A stretch of DNA of 40,323 nucleotides from Klebsormidium nitens (lineage: Eukaryota > Plantae > Klebsormidiophyceae), in contig DF237677.1 of NCBI GenBank assembly GCA_000708835.1, positions 1 through 40,323 of the forward strand, read 5' to 3'. Below the pieces are notes generated by a model. The model was not told where the DNA came from, ran no database searches, and was given only the letters and a program-made list of their open reading frames with translations. Positions 9,431-18,629 of the stretch are shown piece by piece; positions within the stretch are counted from its first letter, which is position 1, and every line of letters starts with the position of its first letter. Both the position numbers and the translations under genes were made by a program.

Positions 9431-11258
9431 TCCCTTGGAAGAAAAACAAAGAGTTTTGGTATGGGGATTGAAGCCCTCAAATCCGCCCTTTGTATGACTT
9501 TCAAGCTGGCGCCGCCGGGCGTGGGTAGGCAGACCATGGCACACTCAAGCCACAGGCTGCCAATCTGCACTCATCCAGGGCCAACTTTCCTTCCTCCATA
9601 TTGCTTTCATTGTGGCCTGCAGCTCAGAATGTTCCTCTCTGTTCAACATGGCCTCCACTGCTCAGATCTCAGCAACTTACAGGCGCTGCACGCCCATCGA
9701 GCACATCCGAACTCGACCAGACTCCTATGTAGGCTCCGTTGTCCCAGAGCAGACCAGGACCTGGGTCATCGAGGAAGGGCGTGCCAAGGAGAAGGAGATC
9801 ACTGTCGTCCCTGGCCTCTACAAGATTGTGGATGAGATCCTGGTCAACGCAATCGACCAGACAAAGGTGGACCCGACCGTCGACTCCATCAAGGTCGAGG
9901 TTGATGTGGAGGCAGGGCTCATCAGCGTGACCAACAGCGGGCGAGGCATCCCTGTTGTTGAGCACGACTCTTACAATATGTACATACCTTAGCTGATCTT
10001 TGGCAACCTCCTGACCTCCTCAAACTATGATGACTCAGAGTAGCGGACAACCGGCGGGCGCAATGGGTACGGGGCCAAGCTGACCAACGTCTTCAGTCAG
10101 TCCTTTGCTGTTGAGACCCTGGACATAGAGAGAGGCATCAAGTATTGCCAGGTCTGGGAGGACGGGATGTCCAAGTGCAAGCCGCCAAAGATCTCCCGCC
10201 CCAAGAACCCCAAGCACGGCTACTGCAGGATCTCCTTCAAGCCCGACCTAGCTGTCTTCTCCATGGAACGCCTGAACGACGAGTTTGTCAGCCTCCTTCA
10301 CCGGAGGGCCCACGACGCCGCAGCCTGCACGCGGCCGAGCGTGAGGGTGTCTTTCAACGGCAAGAACCTCCCGTCCAAGGGTGGATTTGAGAGCTACTGT
10401 GAGCTGTTTATCGGCCCCAAGAAGGAGGCGCCGCGCGTGTTCTTCCGCCCAAACGAGCGCTGGGAGGTTTGTGTGGCTGCTTCCGCGGACGGCTTCCAAG
10501 CCATCTCGTTCGTCAACGGGGTGCACACGGCTCTGGGCGGCACCCATGTGGAGCACGTGGTTGCGCCGCTCACCCGGAGGGTTGCCGAGACGCTGCAGGG
10601 CAAGGTGAAGGGGGCTACTATCCGGCCAGCACATGTCAGGGAGAAGCTGATGCTGTTTGTGAATGCGACGCTGGTCAACCCCACCTTCAGCTCTCAGACA
10701 AAGGAGATGTGCACACTGAAGGTGAGCCTTTTTGGGAACACGTGCGACGTGCCTGACGAGGTGGTTGGCAAGGTGGTGAGCAAGCTAGGGATTGCTGAGG
10801 CGATCGTCGCAAAGGCGAGGGAGCGAGAGGCCAAGACCCTGTCACGAACGGACGGGAACAAGACGGGCGTCATCAGAGGGATCCCAAAGCTGGAGGATGC
10901 CAACAAAGCAGGTGGCAGGCGGAGCTCCGAATGCACGCTCCTGGTGGTAGAAGGGGACAGCGCGCGTGCTTTCGCCATGGCAGGGCTCTCGGTGGTTGGC
11001 AGGGATCTGTATGGGGTCTTTGCCCTGCGGGGGAAGATTCTCAACTGCAGGGACGCCCCAATCAAGGCCATCGCTGAGAACAAGGAGATTGCCAACCTCA
11101 AGCAGATCCTGGGCCTCCGAGAGGGCCACAAGTACAAGTCGCTCTCCGAGCTGCGCTACGGACGAGTCATGCTCCTCACGGATGCTGACTGCGATGGCAC
11201 GCACATCCGGGCGCGCTTCCTCAACTTTGTTGAGTTTGGCTGGCCGGAACTCATCGAG

Positions 11259-11391
11259 GTGAGCCACACATCCAGTGAGGGCTCTCTGACAATGGTATGC
11301 TGGATTTCCGCAGTCTTGTATCTGCTCGTGCCTTTGTCTGCCGCCGTCCCTGCCTCCTTCTCCATTCAAAAGTACAACGATTCTTTTGCAG
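11259..11391 (+). other. top2 intron 1 (133 nt, GT-AG, phase 0)
   Basis: GAG/GTGAGC ... TTCTTTTGCAG/CTG joins WPELIE to LGFAWH. Confidence 0.88.
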
Positions 11392-11521
11392 CTGGGGTTT
11401 GCGTGGCACCTGAGGACCCACGTGGTCAAGGCGTTCAAGAACAGCCAGACGCGTGCGTTCTTCACGGAGCGACAGTACAGGGAGTGGGCACAGACGAGCG
11501 AGGCCCGTGGTACCTGGCGCA

Positions 11522-11992
11522 TCAAGTTCCTGAAAGGTGTGGGCTCCCAGGGACTCGGTACCTCCCGGGGCCAGTCAACCCCTCCCTTTCGTCTTGGACC
11601 GGCTGGAAACCATAGCGCATGTAGAGGGCCTGTAGCCTGCTCAAGAGTGCGTCTTCGCCTGTAGGCTGCTCTTCGGCCAAAGGATAGCAGAAAAGCTGCA
11701 CTTCACTGATACCGAGGGAGTACATGTGCGCGAGTGCGGTGTTCAGCAGCAGAAACGAGAGTCCCAAACCCCGGAACGGTCTGGCGACACCCATAAGGCT
11801 TATGTATGCACTTGTCTCAAAGAGCTGATAGTTGAGGTATGCAATCTTTTGAGGAATGGCTCTGATTGCTGCGCCTGTGGTGAGCAATTCGATGGTCCCA
11901 GCAGCAAAATCATGGCGAGTCCTGACCTTCTGTTGGCTCAAATCTGAAACCGGCACCTGGACAAGCGGCTCTAGGCGGGCCACCATTGCCAT
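11522..11992 (-). CDS. GNAT-family N-acetyltransferase nested antisense in top2 intron 2
   Basis: YISLMGVARPFRGLGLSFLLLNTAL (acetyl-CoA motif A), GISEVQL and LYMRYGF. ATG at 11992 or 11986; the stop overlaps top2 exon 2 by 15 nt. Confidence 0.85.
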   Translation of the reverse strand: MAMVARLEPLVQVPVSDLSQQKVRTRHDFAAGTIELLTTGAAIRAIPQKIAYLNYQLFETSAYISLMGVARPFRGLGLSFLLLNTALAHMYSLGISEVQLFCYPLAEEQPTGEDALLSRLQALYMRYGFQPVQDEREGLTGPGRYRVPGSPHLSGT

Positions 11993-12045
11993 ATCTCTTG
12001 ACCCTCTACCCAAAGAGCACTGTCCTAAGCCCATGGGCGATGCAG
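11537..12045 (+). other. top2 intron 2 (509 nt, GT-AG, phase 1), containing an antisense GNAT gene
   Basis: AAAG/GTGTGG ... GATGCAG/GTCTGGGC restores IKFLKGLGTSTAKDAK. Confidence 0.82.
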
Positions 12046-12471
12046 GTCTGGGCACGTCCACTGCCAAGGATGCCAAGGATATCTTCAGCAACATGAGCAA
12101 GGTCACGTACACGACCGACCCCGGGGCGGCAGCGGCCATGCAGCTGGCCTTCCAGAAGGCAAGGGCAAACGACAGGAAGAGGTGGATTGTTGAGGCGATC
12201 GCAAAACCAGCGCCGGAGCCAGTGGGAGAGCGGGTGACCCTCTCGGAGATGGTGGACACCGAGCTGGTCAACTACTCCATCGCCAATGTCCGGCGCTCCA
12301 TCCCCAGTGCAATCGACGGTCTGAAGCCCTCGACGAGGAAAATTGTCCACGTCAGCATCAAGAGAAACGTTCGGGAGGAGTTCAAGGTGGCCCAGCTAGC
12401 CGCAGCGGTCGCAGAGGGGAGTGCATACCATCACGGTGAGAAGCGAACCTCTTGCGCAGATGGAGCGCATG

Positions 12472-13222
12472 AGCAAGTGATTTCAACCCCCCTCCTATAG
12501 TCAAAAAAGGGGGGTCCCAAATTCTCAAACACTTTTCAAAATTAGTCTCCATCCGTGTTTATGCGTGAGCTTGCCGTGACCTACAAACCTATGCTTTCTT
12601 ACCGGAATGGTTATAGTGTGCTGGGAACTACCAAGTCTTAGGTCTTAGCTCTTCCTTCAGGGATGGCTTCAACACGCGTGCGCGCATAAGCAAGTCATTT
12701 CAACCCCCCTCCTATAGTCAAAAAAGGGGGGTCCCAAATTCTCAAACACTTTTCAAAATTAGTCTCCATCCGTGTTTATGCGTGAGCTTGCCGTGACCTA
12801 CAAACCTATGCTTTCTTACCGGAATGGTTATAGTGTGCTGTGAACTACCAAGTTTTAAGTCTTAGCTCTTCCTTCAGGGATGGCTTCAACACGCGTGCGC
12901 GCACAAGCAAGTGATTTCAACCCCCCTCCTATAGTCAAAAAAGGGGTCTCCCAAATTTCAAACACTTTTGAAAATTGCGCTCCATCCGTGTTTGTGCGTG
13001 AGCTTTCCGTACACTACAGACATTTAATTTCTTACTGGAATGGCTATGGAACGCTGTGAACCGTAAGTTTTTGGTGCAGGGATGGCTTAAACACACGTGC
13101 GCGCATAAGCAAGTGATTTCAACCCCCCTCCTATAGTCAAAAAAGGGGTCTCTCAAATTCTCAAACACTTTTGAAAATTGCGCTCCATCCGTGTTATGCG
13201 AAAAGGTTGGCCGTTGACTACA
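12472..13222. repeat. Non-coding tandem array, units of 217, 217, 202 and about 115 bp
   Basis: AGCAAGT(G/C)ATTTCAACCCCCCTCCTATAGTCAAAAAAGGGG starts at 12472, 12689, 12906 and 13108. Copies 1-2 have an ACCCCCCT/AGGGGGGT stem. Confidence 0.95.
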
Positions 13223-13223
13223 A

Positions 13224-13745
13224 TCAGACAACCCTTCGGAAATTGGAAGTGTTGAGGGTCTGACGGGTGAACGGGTTTCTCGCACCCTCGTGCAACCTTT
13301 GTAATGCGTCTTTGTGATACGCCCTCGGAGCCTTTCCACCCCTCAACTCGCTTTCAAGGTAGATGTAGTTCCTCCGGTTTGCGGGGCGCTTGTTCAAGGC
13401 CATGAAGTTTGTGTTGATGAAGTCCGTATCATTCGAGACGGCGCCTGCTCGACCGTTCCGCACACTAGCCATGTTAAGGCGCCTATGACAAGGAGCAACC
13501 TCCATAGTTGCAGGAGTCTCGTAACCGACGACACTGCGAGGCCCTTCGGAATGCAACGCCCAGACAACGAGGTCGCTCAATGACCACTCATCGTGCATAG
13601 GAGGCTCACCTGACTCCACGTAAACGACTTCAAAGAGCTCTGGTGCTACCAACCGAGCGGACGTGGTGGCACCGTTCTCATGCTGCAGCTGGATGACGTC
13701 TCCAACGTCCATATAACGCAAGGTCTCCCAGATCTCCCTCTCCAT
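13224..13745 (-). CDS. Hypothetical viral protein nested antisense in top2 intron 3; C-terminal D-F-I...Y...L...NPFTRQ motif
   Basis: Intact 173-aa ATG ORF. The C-terminus (NDTDFINTNF...YIYL...YHKDALQRL...RNPFTRQTLN) resembles short U-box-like tails seen in algal-virus proteins (recalled, not searched). Confidence 0.72.
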   Translation of the reverse strand: MEREIWETLRYMDVGDVIQLQHENGATTSARLVAPELFEVVYVESGEPPMHDEWSLSDLVVWALHSEGPRSVVGYETPATMEVAPCHRRLNMASVRNGRAGAVSNDTDFINTNFMALNKRPANRRNYIYLESELRGGKAPRAYHKDALQRLHEGARNPFTRQTLNTSNFRRVV

Positions 13746-13904
13746 TCAGCATAACACAGAACCAGAATTTACTTTTTGTTGCAGGTGAGGAGAGCCTGAG
13801 CGGCGCCATCATCAACCTTGCGCAGACGTTTGTGGGATCCAACAACCTCAACCTGCTCGAACCGGTCGGAATGTTTGGAACACGCCTGGCCAACGGGAAG
13901 GACA

Positions 13905-14184
13905 GTGAGTGCACTGCGTTTGAGCCGTGTTCAAAACCTACGTGCCAATGAAGGACAGCATGTCAGCCAAGTCACTGGTGGGAGCCCCTCACTACGCCAC
14001 CCTGGCATCATGTTACAGGCCTGTGGTGGCAACCAAAGCGCTCGGCATGCAAGATGCCGCGTGTCTTGCAGCTCATGGCGCAGCCCTCTCTGCATGCTGG
14101 TACATTGCCAATGACTATCTCGAACGTCAAAAGCTGAAGGAGAAGCGCAGGCAGCTCCTTAAGAAGCAACTTGGGCGACCGCAG
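13905..14184 (+). other. top2 intron 4 (280 nt, GT-AG, phase 1)
   Basis: GACA/GTGAGT ... CCGCAG/GTGCC restores NGKDSAAPRYLFT, five codons before the catalytic Tyr. Confidence 0.88.
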
Positions 14185-14217
14185 GTGCCGCGCCGAGATA
14201 CCTCTTCACGCACCTGA
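13948..14217 (+). CDS. Possible small protein nested in top2 intron 4 (hydrophobic segment plus basic coiled tail)
   Basis: 89-aa ATG ORF spanning most of the intron, with coding-like codons (YLERQKLKEKRRQLLKKQL); runs 33 nt into exon 5 in another frame. Confidence 0.4.
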   Translation: MKDSMSAKSLVGAPHYATLASCYRPVVATKALGMQDAACLAAHGAALSACWYIANDYLERQKLKEKRRQLLKKQLGRPQVPRRDTSSRT

Positions 14218-15212
14218 CAAAGGCTGCGCTCTGCGCCTTCCATCCTGCCGACGCCCCCCTCCTGACCTACCTCGAAGAGAACGGCAAGGCCATAGAGCCG
14301 GCCTACTTTGTCCCGACCGTGCCCTTGATCCTCCTGAACGGTGCCTCCGGCATTGGCACTGGCTTCTCCACGTACGTCCCCAACCACGCTCTGGAGGACG
14401 TCATCGCCAACATCCGGGCTATGCTGCAAGGCCTGGACCCGGTCGAGATGCACCCTTCCTGGGCTGGCTTCAAGGGGACCGTCCGGGCGACCGAGAAGGG
14501 AGAGTACGTCGTCTCCGGGGTGTACGAGAGGATCGACAGCAGCCGCATCCGCATCACTGAGCTGCCAGTTGGGACGTCAATCGACGCCTACAAGGCTTTC
14601 CTGGAGAGCGACAAGCTTGGGGCCCGTTCCATCAAAAACGACTGCACGGACGCGGTTGTTGACTTCACCGTGGAGTTCAGCACCGGGAGGCTCGAGGCCA
14701 TCCTGCCTGACATCGAGAGGGAGCTCTGCCTCACCAGGAAGCTGAGCACCAACAACATGCACCTGTTCGACTCGAACGGCCACATCAGGCGCTTCGAGAC
14801 CGTGACCGACATCCTGCGGGAGTTCTTCGGGGTGCGGCTGAGCCTCTACGAACGCCGCCTGCTGCACCTGATCCGACAAAAGGAAGAGGAGCTGGCTGCC
14901 TGCTCCTACCGGGCGCTCTTTGTGACGAGTGTGCTTGATGGGGGTGTCCGACTCCTGAAAGCCAAGGTGGCGGACGTCCGTGCCGACATGAGCGCGGCAG
15001 GGATCCCCGAGACCTACCATCAGCGGTTCATGTCGCTCCCCCTGTCAAGCCTGACGGCGGACGAGGTGGAGAGGCTCTTGGCAGCCAAAGAGGCCCTGGT
15101 GTCAGCCCTTGACCTCCTCAAGGGCAAGACGGCCCCGGCTCTGTGGGAGGAGGACCTGCTTGAGTTGGAGAGAGCGCGGAAAATTGGAGCATAGATAGCC
15201 TGGTTGCTTGGT

Positions 15213-15956
15213 ATGGACTTTGGAGTGTGCGCAGATGCCTCATGTAACGAGAGGGTTTACCAGAAACACGACCGGTACTGCATGAAACACTTTCAGATCT
15301 CACCGAATCAAAGAGTGCGCGACTTTGACATTACTGAGAAGACCAGCATGGATGCCATCATGAAGGACCTGCACGCTCTAACACGATACACGTGGTACTA
15401 CAAGCCCGACGAGGATGACGTCCAAGTTGCAGAGTTGTCCTTGCAATACGCTCTGCAATGGAAGGCTGTGAGCTACGATGCAATTGCCCGCCTGGCCGTC
15501 GTCATGCAGTACCTCTATTGCACAATGGCGGCCCTCGAGCCCGTTGACGTGTACCTAAACCCTTACTCTCTCCCGGAAGAGCCCGATTATCACCCACTCG
15601 GGGAGACCCGATCGTCCCTCATGTACCTCATAGAGAGCTGCGGGATCCACGCTGCAAAGTTCTCGGGGCTCTCTAGGAGCCTCCCTTTGGTTGCGTTTGC
15701 CAGGCGCCGCTGCTACAGGCAGGCAGCAGACGTCTGGTGGAAGAGCAGGTTGAAGCTCGAGGCTTTTCACAAGGCCCTCGGCTGGCTGTGGTTCACCCTC
15801 AAGCGCTTCACACAGGCAGCCTCTCTTGCCCGCAGAGAGGGCCTCGCAGCAAGGGAACGCACTGTCCTGCGCATGGATGCTGAGGTGCTCGGTGGGCTTG
15901 CCGAGACCCTGTTCAAAACTGCATTGCTGCACTACCAAGAGCTACTCACAGTCTGA
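15213..15956 (+). CDS. Hypothetical protein
   Basis: 247-aa ATG ORF with an N-terminal C-x4-C...C-x2-H cluster; packed closely after top2. Confidence 0.7.
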   Translation: MDFGVCADASCNERVYQKHDRYCMKHFQISPNQRVRDFDITEKTSMDAIMKDLHALTRYTWYYKPDEDDVQVAELSLQYALQWKAVSYDAIARLAVVMQYLYCTMAALEPVDVYLNPYSLPEEPDYHPLGETRSSLMYLIESCGIHAAKFSGLSRSLPLVAFARRRCYRQAADVWWKSRLKLEAFHKALGWLWFTLKRFTQAASLARREGLAARERTVLRMDAEVLGGLAETLFKTALLHYQELLTV

Positions 15957-15985
15957 AAGATTTTGTGGCATTGGTTACATAGAGG

Positions 15986-17770
15986 ATGCAAGTGACAATC
16001 GGGGACTTTGTAGACAAGTGGTTGGCGGAGTTGCGTGACGCACAATCGGAGGCTAAGAAGCACGAGTATAGCAGCGATACACGCCTGTACTATGAGAAGC
16101 ACGTGCAGGATTTGCTGGACGAGTTGGCAAGGGAGCTCGTGACTTACATTGAGCACCCACCGGGGTACGAGAGCAACGAGAAGGCCGGGATAACTGCCAA
16201 AGATGGCAAACTCGTTGTCGCTCTGGATGGCGACGATTACAACACGGCAAGCGAGGCGACCCGCAGCGCCCGCTTGAGCTTTGTGATGGGAAAGATCCTC
16301 AAGGAGAAGGGCACTCTGGCGCAGGGTGGCGATCTCAGCCTATACAATGCGGTGAGCAATCTCTTGAAACCATCGCGCCTGAGCCCTCCGCCTGACAGGC
16401 TTTCGCTCAACCCAGAGTACGTTGACTTCAACACAAAGAGCCTTCCTGACGCGCAAGAGGATGGTCAGACCCACATCTTCTACGATCCAGCAAACGTAAG
16501 CGACAACCTGGAGCTGAAGAAAGTCTTCCGATCAAGGGTGAACCTCGAAGATGTTGATCAGTACAGGAATGCCAATCACCGCTTTGGGACTACCTTGACG
16601 AATCGGTTCATGCACCCCGACTACCGGACACTTGACAAGCGCCTTGCAAACAGGGTTCCCCTCATGAACAAGAACACGTTTGAGAAGGGTAAGAGCAACG
16701 TGAAGGCTTGGGTTGCCAATCGGACTGCTCTTCCTCTAAACAAGAACGCATTCGAGAAAGGGAAAGGCAACATGAAGGCTTGGGTTGCCAGTCAGAACAA
16801 GCGAGTCAACAAGCAGGCTGATGTTGCGCTAAATAATCAAGGCCTGACTGCAACCGCTGAGGACAAACGCCTCATTGCTGAAAGCATACCTTTGGGAGAA
16901 GAGAGCACTGCAAAGGCTATTGCAAACGTGGCTCTAACCACCAACGGGGGCCCTCCCCCAGTGAAAGCAGTCAGTGGAGCCCTCAAGGACATTCTCCAGC
17001 CAGGACAGGTGACACCAGAATCTGTCGCAACAGTCTTCAAGCAGAACAACCTCGTAGCTTCCAAAAATGGTCACGAAAGTGTTGCAAATGTTGCAACAAC
17101 AGGAAACCCATCGGCCGTGCTTGCCGCGGTGGCGCAGGTTGCAACATTTCCTGCTGGTGGTGAGGCCCCAACTGAGGCAGTGGTTTCGGCCGCCAACGCA
17201 ATCAACAAGTCGGCAAAGGCCAATCACCAAACTCCCAACTTTGCAAACTTTGATAGGTCGCAGCTGGGCACGGGCACAAAGACTGGTCCGAACCTCAAGA
17301 CTCCCAACCAGTTGAATGCAAAGGGCGGCTCAAACGCTTCCAAGATGGCGGCAACTCAGGTTGCCCTGATTGGCAACGGATTCAGAGCAAACGGCCCGGA
17401 GGGACTCGCAAACATTGCAAAAAAGGCCGGAGCTCCAAATAAGGATCTGCGTGAGACAATTCAGAACAACACCACAGGTGCAAGGAACAATGTCCAGGTT
17501 GCAAATGCGGCAGAGGCTGTAAAGGTGCTCACAGGGTCTAAACTGTCAGAATCAATGGCTGCAAACGGGCTCAACAAAATCAACACCAGCAAGAATCCTT
17601 TCGTGTCCAAGAACAACAATAAGAACAAAGGAATCTCAGGATCGAACCTGTCAAACTCAATGGCGGCAAACGGATTCAACAAAACAAACACCACAAAAAA
17701 TCCCTTTGTGACCAAGAACAACACGGCCAACAAACCAATTGTAAGTTCAACCGGGATGGGCTGGAAGTAA
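15986..17770 (+). CDS. Asn/Ala/Lys-rich hypothetical protein with short internal repeats
   Basis: 594-aa ORF; duplicated PL(M)NKN(T/A)FEKGK.N.KAWVA and SMAANG.NK.NT.KNPFV.KNN. Confidence 0.8.
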   Translation: MQVTIGDFVDKWLAELRDAQSEAKKHEYSSDTRLYYEKHVQDLLDELARELVTYIEHPPGYESNEKAGITAKDGKLVVALDGDDYNTASEATRSARLSFVMGKILKEKGTLAQGGDLSLYNAVSNLLKPSRLSPPPDRLSLNPEYVDFNTKSLPDAQEDGQTHIFYDPANVSDNLELKKVFRSRVNLEDVDQYRNANHRFGTTLTNRFMHPDYRTLDKRLANRVPLMNKNTFEKGKSNVKAWVANRTALPLNKNAFEKGKGNMKAWVASQNKRVNKQADVALNNQGLTATAEDKRLIAESIPLGEESTAKAIANVALTTNGGPPPVKAVSGALKDILQPGQVTPESVATVFKQNNLVASKNGHESVANVATTGNPSAVLAAVAQVATFPAGGEAPTEAVVSAANAINKSAKANHQTPNFANFDRSQLGTGTKTGPNLKTPNQLNAKGGSNASKMAATQVALIGNGFRANGPEGLANIAKKAGAPNKDLRETIQNNTTGARNNVQVANAAEAVKVLTGSKLSESMAANGLNKINTSKNPFVSKNNNKNKGISGSNLSNSMAANGFNKTNTTKNPFVTKNNTANKPIVSSTGMGWK

Positions 17771-17821
17771 CAAAGTGCGTTCCATCTGTGGCAGTTTCTC
17801 CTCTGTAGCTTGGAGGAAACC

Positions 17822-18622
17822 ATGCTTCCAACCGATTGCATCCGAGGCATCAAGATGAGGATTGCTGCCCGAGTGCCTACACCCCCGGGGGCCATCTTCT
17901 ACACACTCCGAAGCGACGCGACCGGGATGTTTGACTCCTTTTACCGGCTCCGTTACGACCAGAGGGCCCTGGGCCGCTGCCTGATTGACCCAAGTAGCTG
18001 GACGATCATGCATGATTTCGGCCAAACGTGCCCTGGGGAGGACCCAAGGTGCATCTCGCACAGGGGCACGGACTACCTGCTGGACAACACCTGGGGCAGC
18101 AGCAGCTTGATCGTGCCAGCTGACAACTTCAAAGTGTGCAAGCTTCCCTCAAAGGGCAAGAACCTTAGCCTCATCTCTCACGGTGACGAGCTCCTCTGCA
18201 TCGAGTGGCTCCGACCCCTGACCGTTCTGTCAACGAGCGAGTCGCCCTACCCTGATACTTGGAGGCGGACAAGGGCCCGGAAGGAGATTCCGGACTACAG
18301 CCTGCGCGGTGGCACCCCTGGTTACAAGACCCCGGTCGACGGTGTATATGTCGGCTTTGGGCACCGGACGACGGCAGGCCCCAAGGGTGAGGTCAAACAC
18401 ACCCCATTTGCATGGCGGCTGGATGTCAAGAATTGGCAGATGAGCTTTGAAGAGGTGGGGGGGCAGCTCGAGCGGGCTATCACATACCCCACCTGTGTTG
18501 CACATCACAACGGGAGGCTCTACTTGGTCACTGCAGAATCCCACCTTCCCTGGTTCGGTGCCCTTCAGGAATTCTTTACATGCATATATGAGCTGCATTT
18601 CGGAGAAAATACAGCGGTATAG
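17822..18622 (+). CDS. Putative five-bladed beta-propeller glycoside hydrolase/phosphorylase (GH130-like)
   Basis: GEDPR motif, KN-hydrophobic motif, LRGGTP...YVGFGH. Confidence 0.55.
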   Translation: MLPTDCIRGIKMRIAARVPTPPGAIFYTLRSDATGMFDSFYRLRYDQRALGRCLIDPSSWTIMHDFGQTCPGEDPRCISHRGTDYLLDNTWGSSSLIVPADNFKVCKLPSKGKNLSLISHGDELLCIEWLRPLTVLSTSESPYPDTWRRTRARKEIPDYSLRGGTPGYKTPVDGVYVGFGHRTTAGPKGEVKHTPFAWRLDVKNWQMSFEEVGGQLERAITYPTCVAHHNGRLYLVTAESHLPWFGALQEFFTCIYELHFGENTAV

Positions 18623-18629
18623 GAGGCAC

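Larger units (their letters stand above)
12436..13784 (+). other. top2 intron 3 (1349 nt, GT-AG, phase 1), containing a repeat array and an antisense ORF
   Basis: CACG/GTGAGA ... TTTTTGTTGCAG/GTGAG restores AYHHGEESLSGAI. Confidence 0.88.
9648..15194 (+). pseudogene. top2: Type IIA DNA topoisomerase, 5 exons (9648-11258, 11392-11536, 12046-12435, 13785-13904, 14185-15194), 1091 codons after splicing; two in-frame TAG stops (9990, 10041)
   Basis: Motifs EILVNAID, NSGRGIP, GGRNGYGAKLTN, EGDSA, TDADCDG, spliced KGLGTS, spliced YHHGEESL, GTRLANGKD/SAAPRY (catalytic Tyr), LLNGASGIGTGFST. Exon lengths sum to 3276 nt and phases are consistent. No long eukaryotic C-terminal tail, as in compact viral enzymes. 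Confidence 0.92.

Noticed and set aside
7582-10043. TAG reassigned to Gln (alternative genetic code) to explain three in-frame TAGs
   Set aside because: TAG is the apparent true stop of the aquaporin, top2 and 17822-18622 genes, and other Gln codons are ordinary CAG/CAA. Point mutation is simpler.
10167-11615. The 482-aa ORF as a complete protein
   Set aside because: Its last about 120 aa are read-through of intron 1 and an off-frame exon 2; topo II similarity resumes only after splicing.
11993-12271. N-terminal 93 aa of the 249-aa minus ORF as part of the GNAT
   Set aside because: It is mostly the antisense shadow of top2 exon 3; ATGs at 11992/11986 give a normal-sized GNAT.
12472-13222. 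CRISPR-like array
   Set aside because: Whole units of 200+ bp repeat with no unique spacers, and there are no cas-like genes.
11259-14184. Self-splicing group I/II introns or inteins in top2
   Set aside because: All four have GT...CAG ends and no intron-encoded nuclease or RT. They break the reading frame, so they are not inteins.
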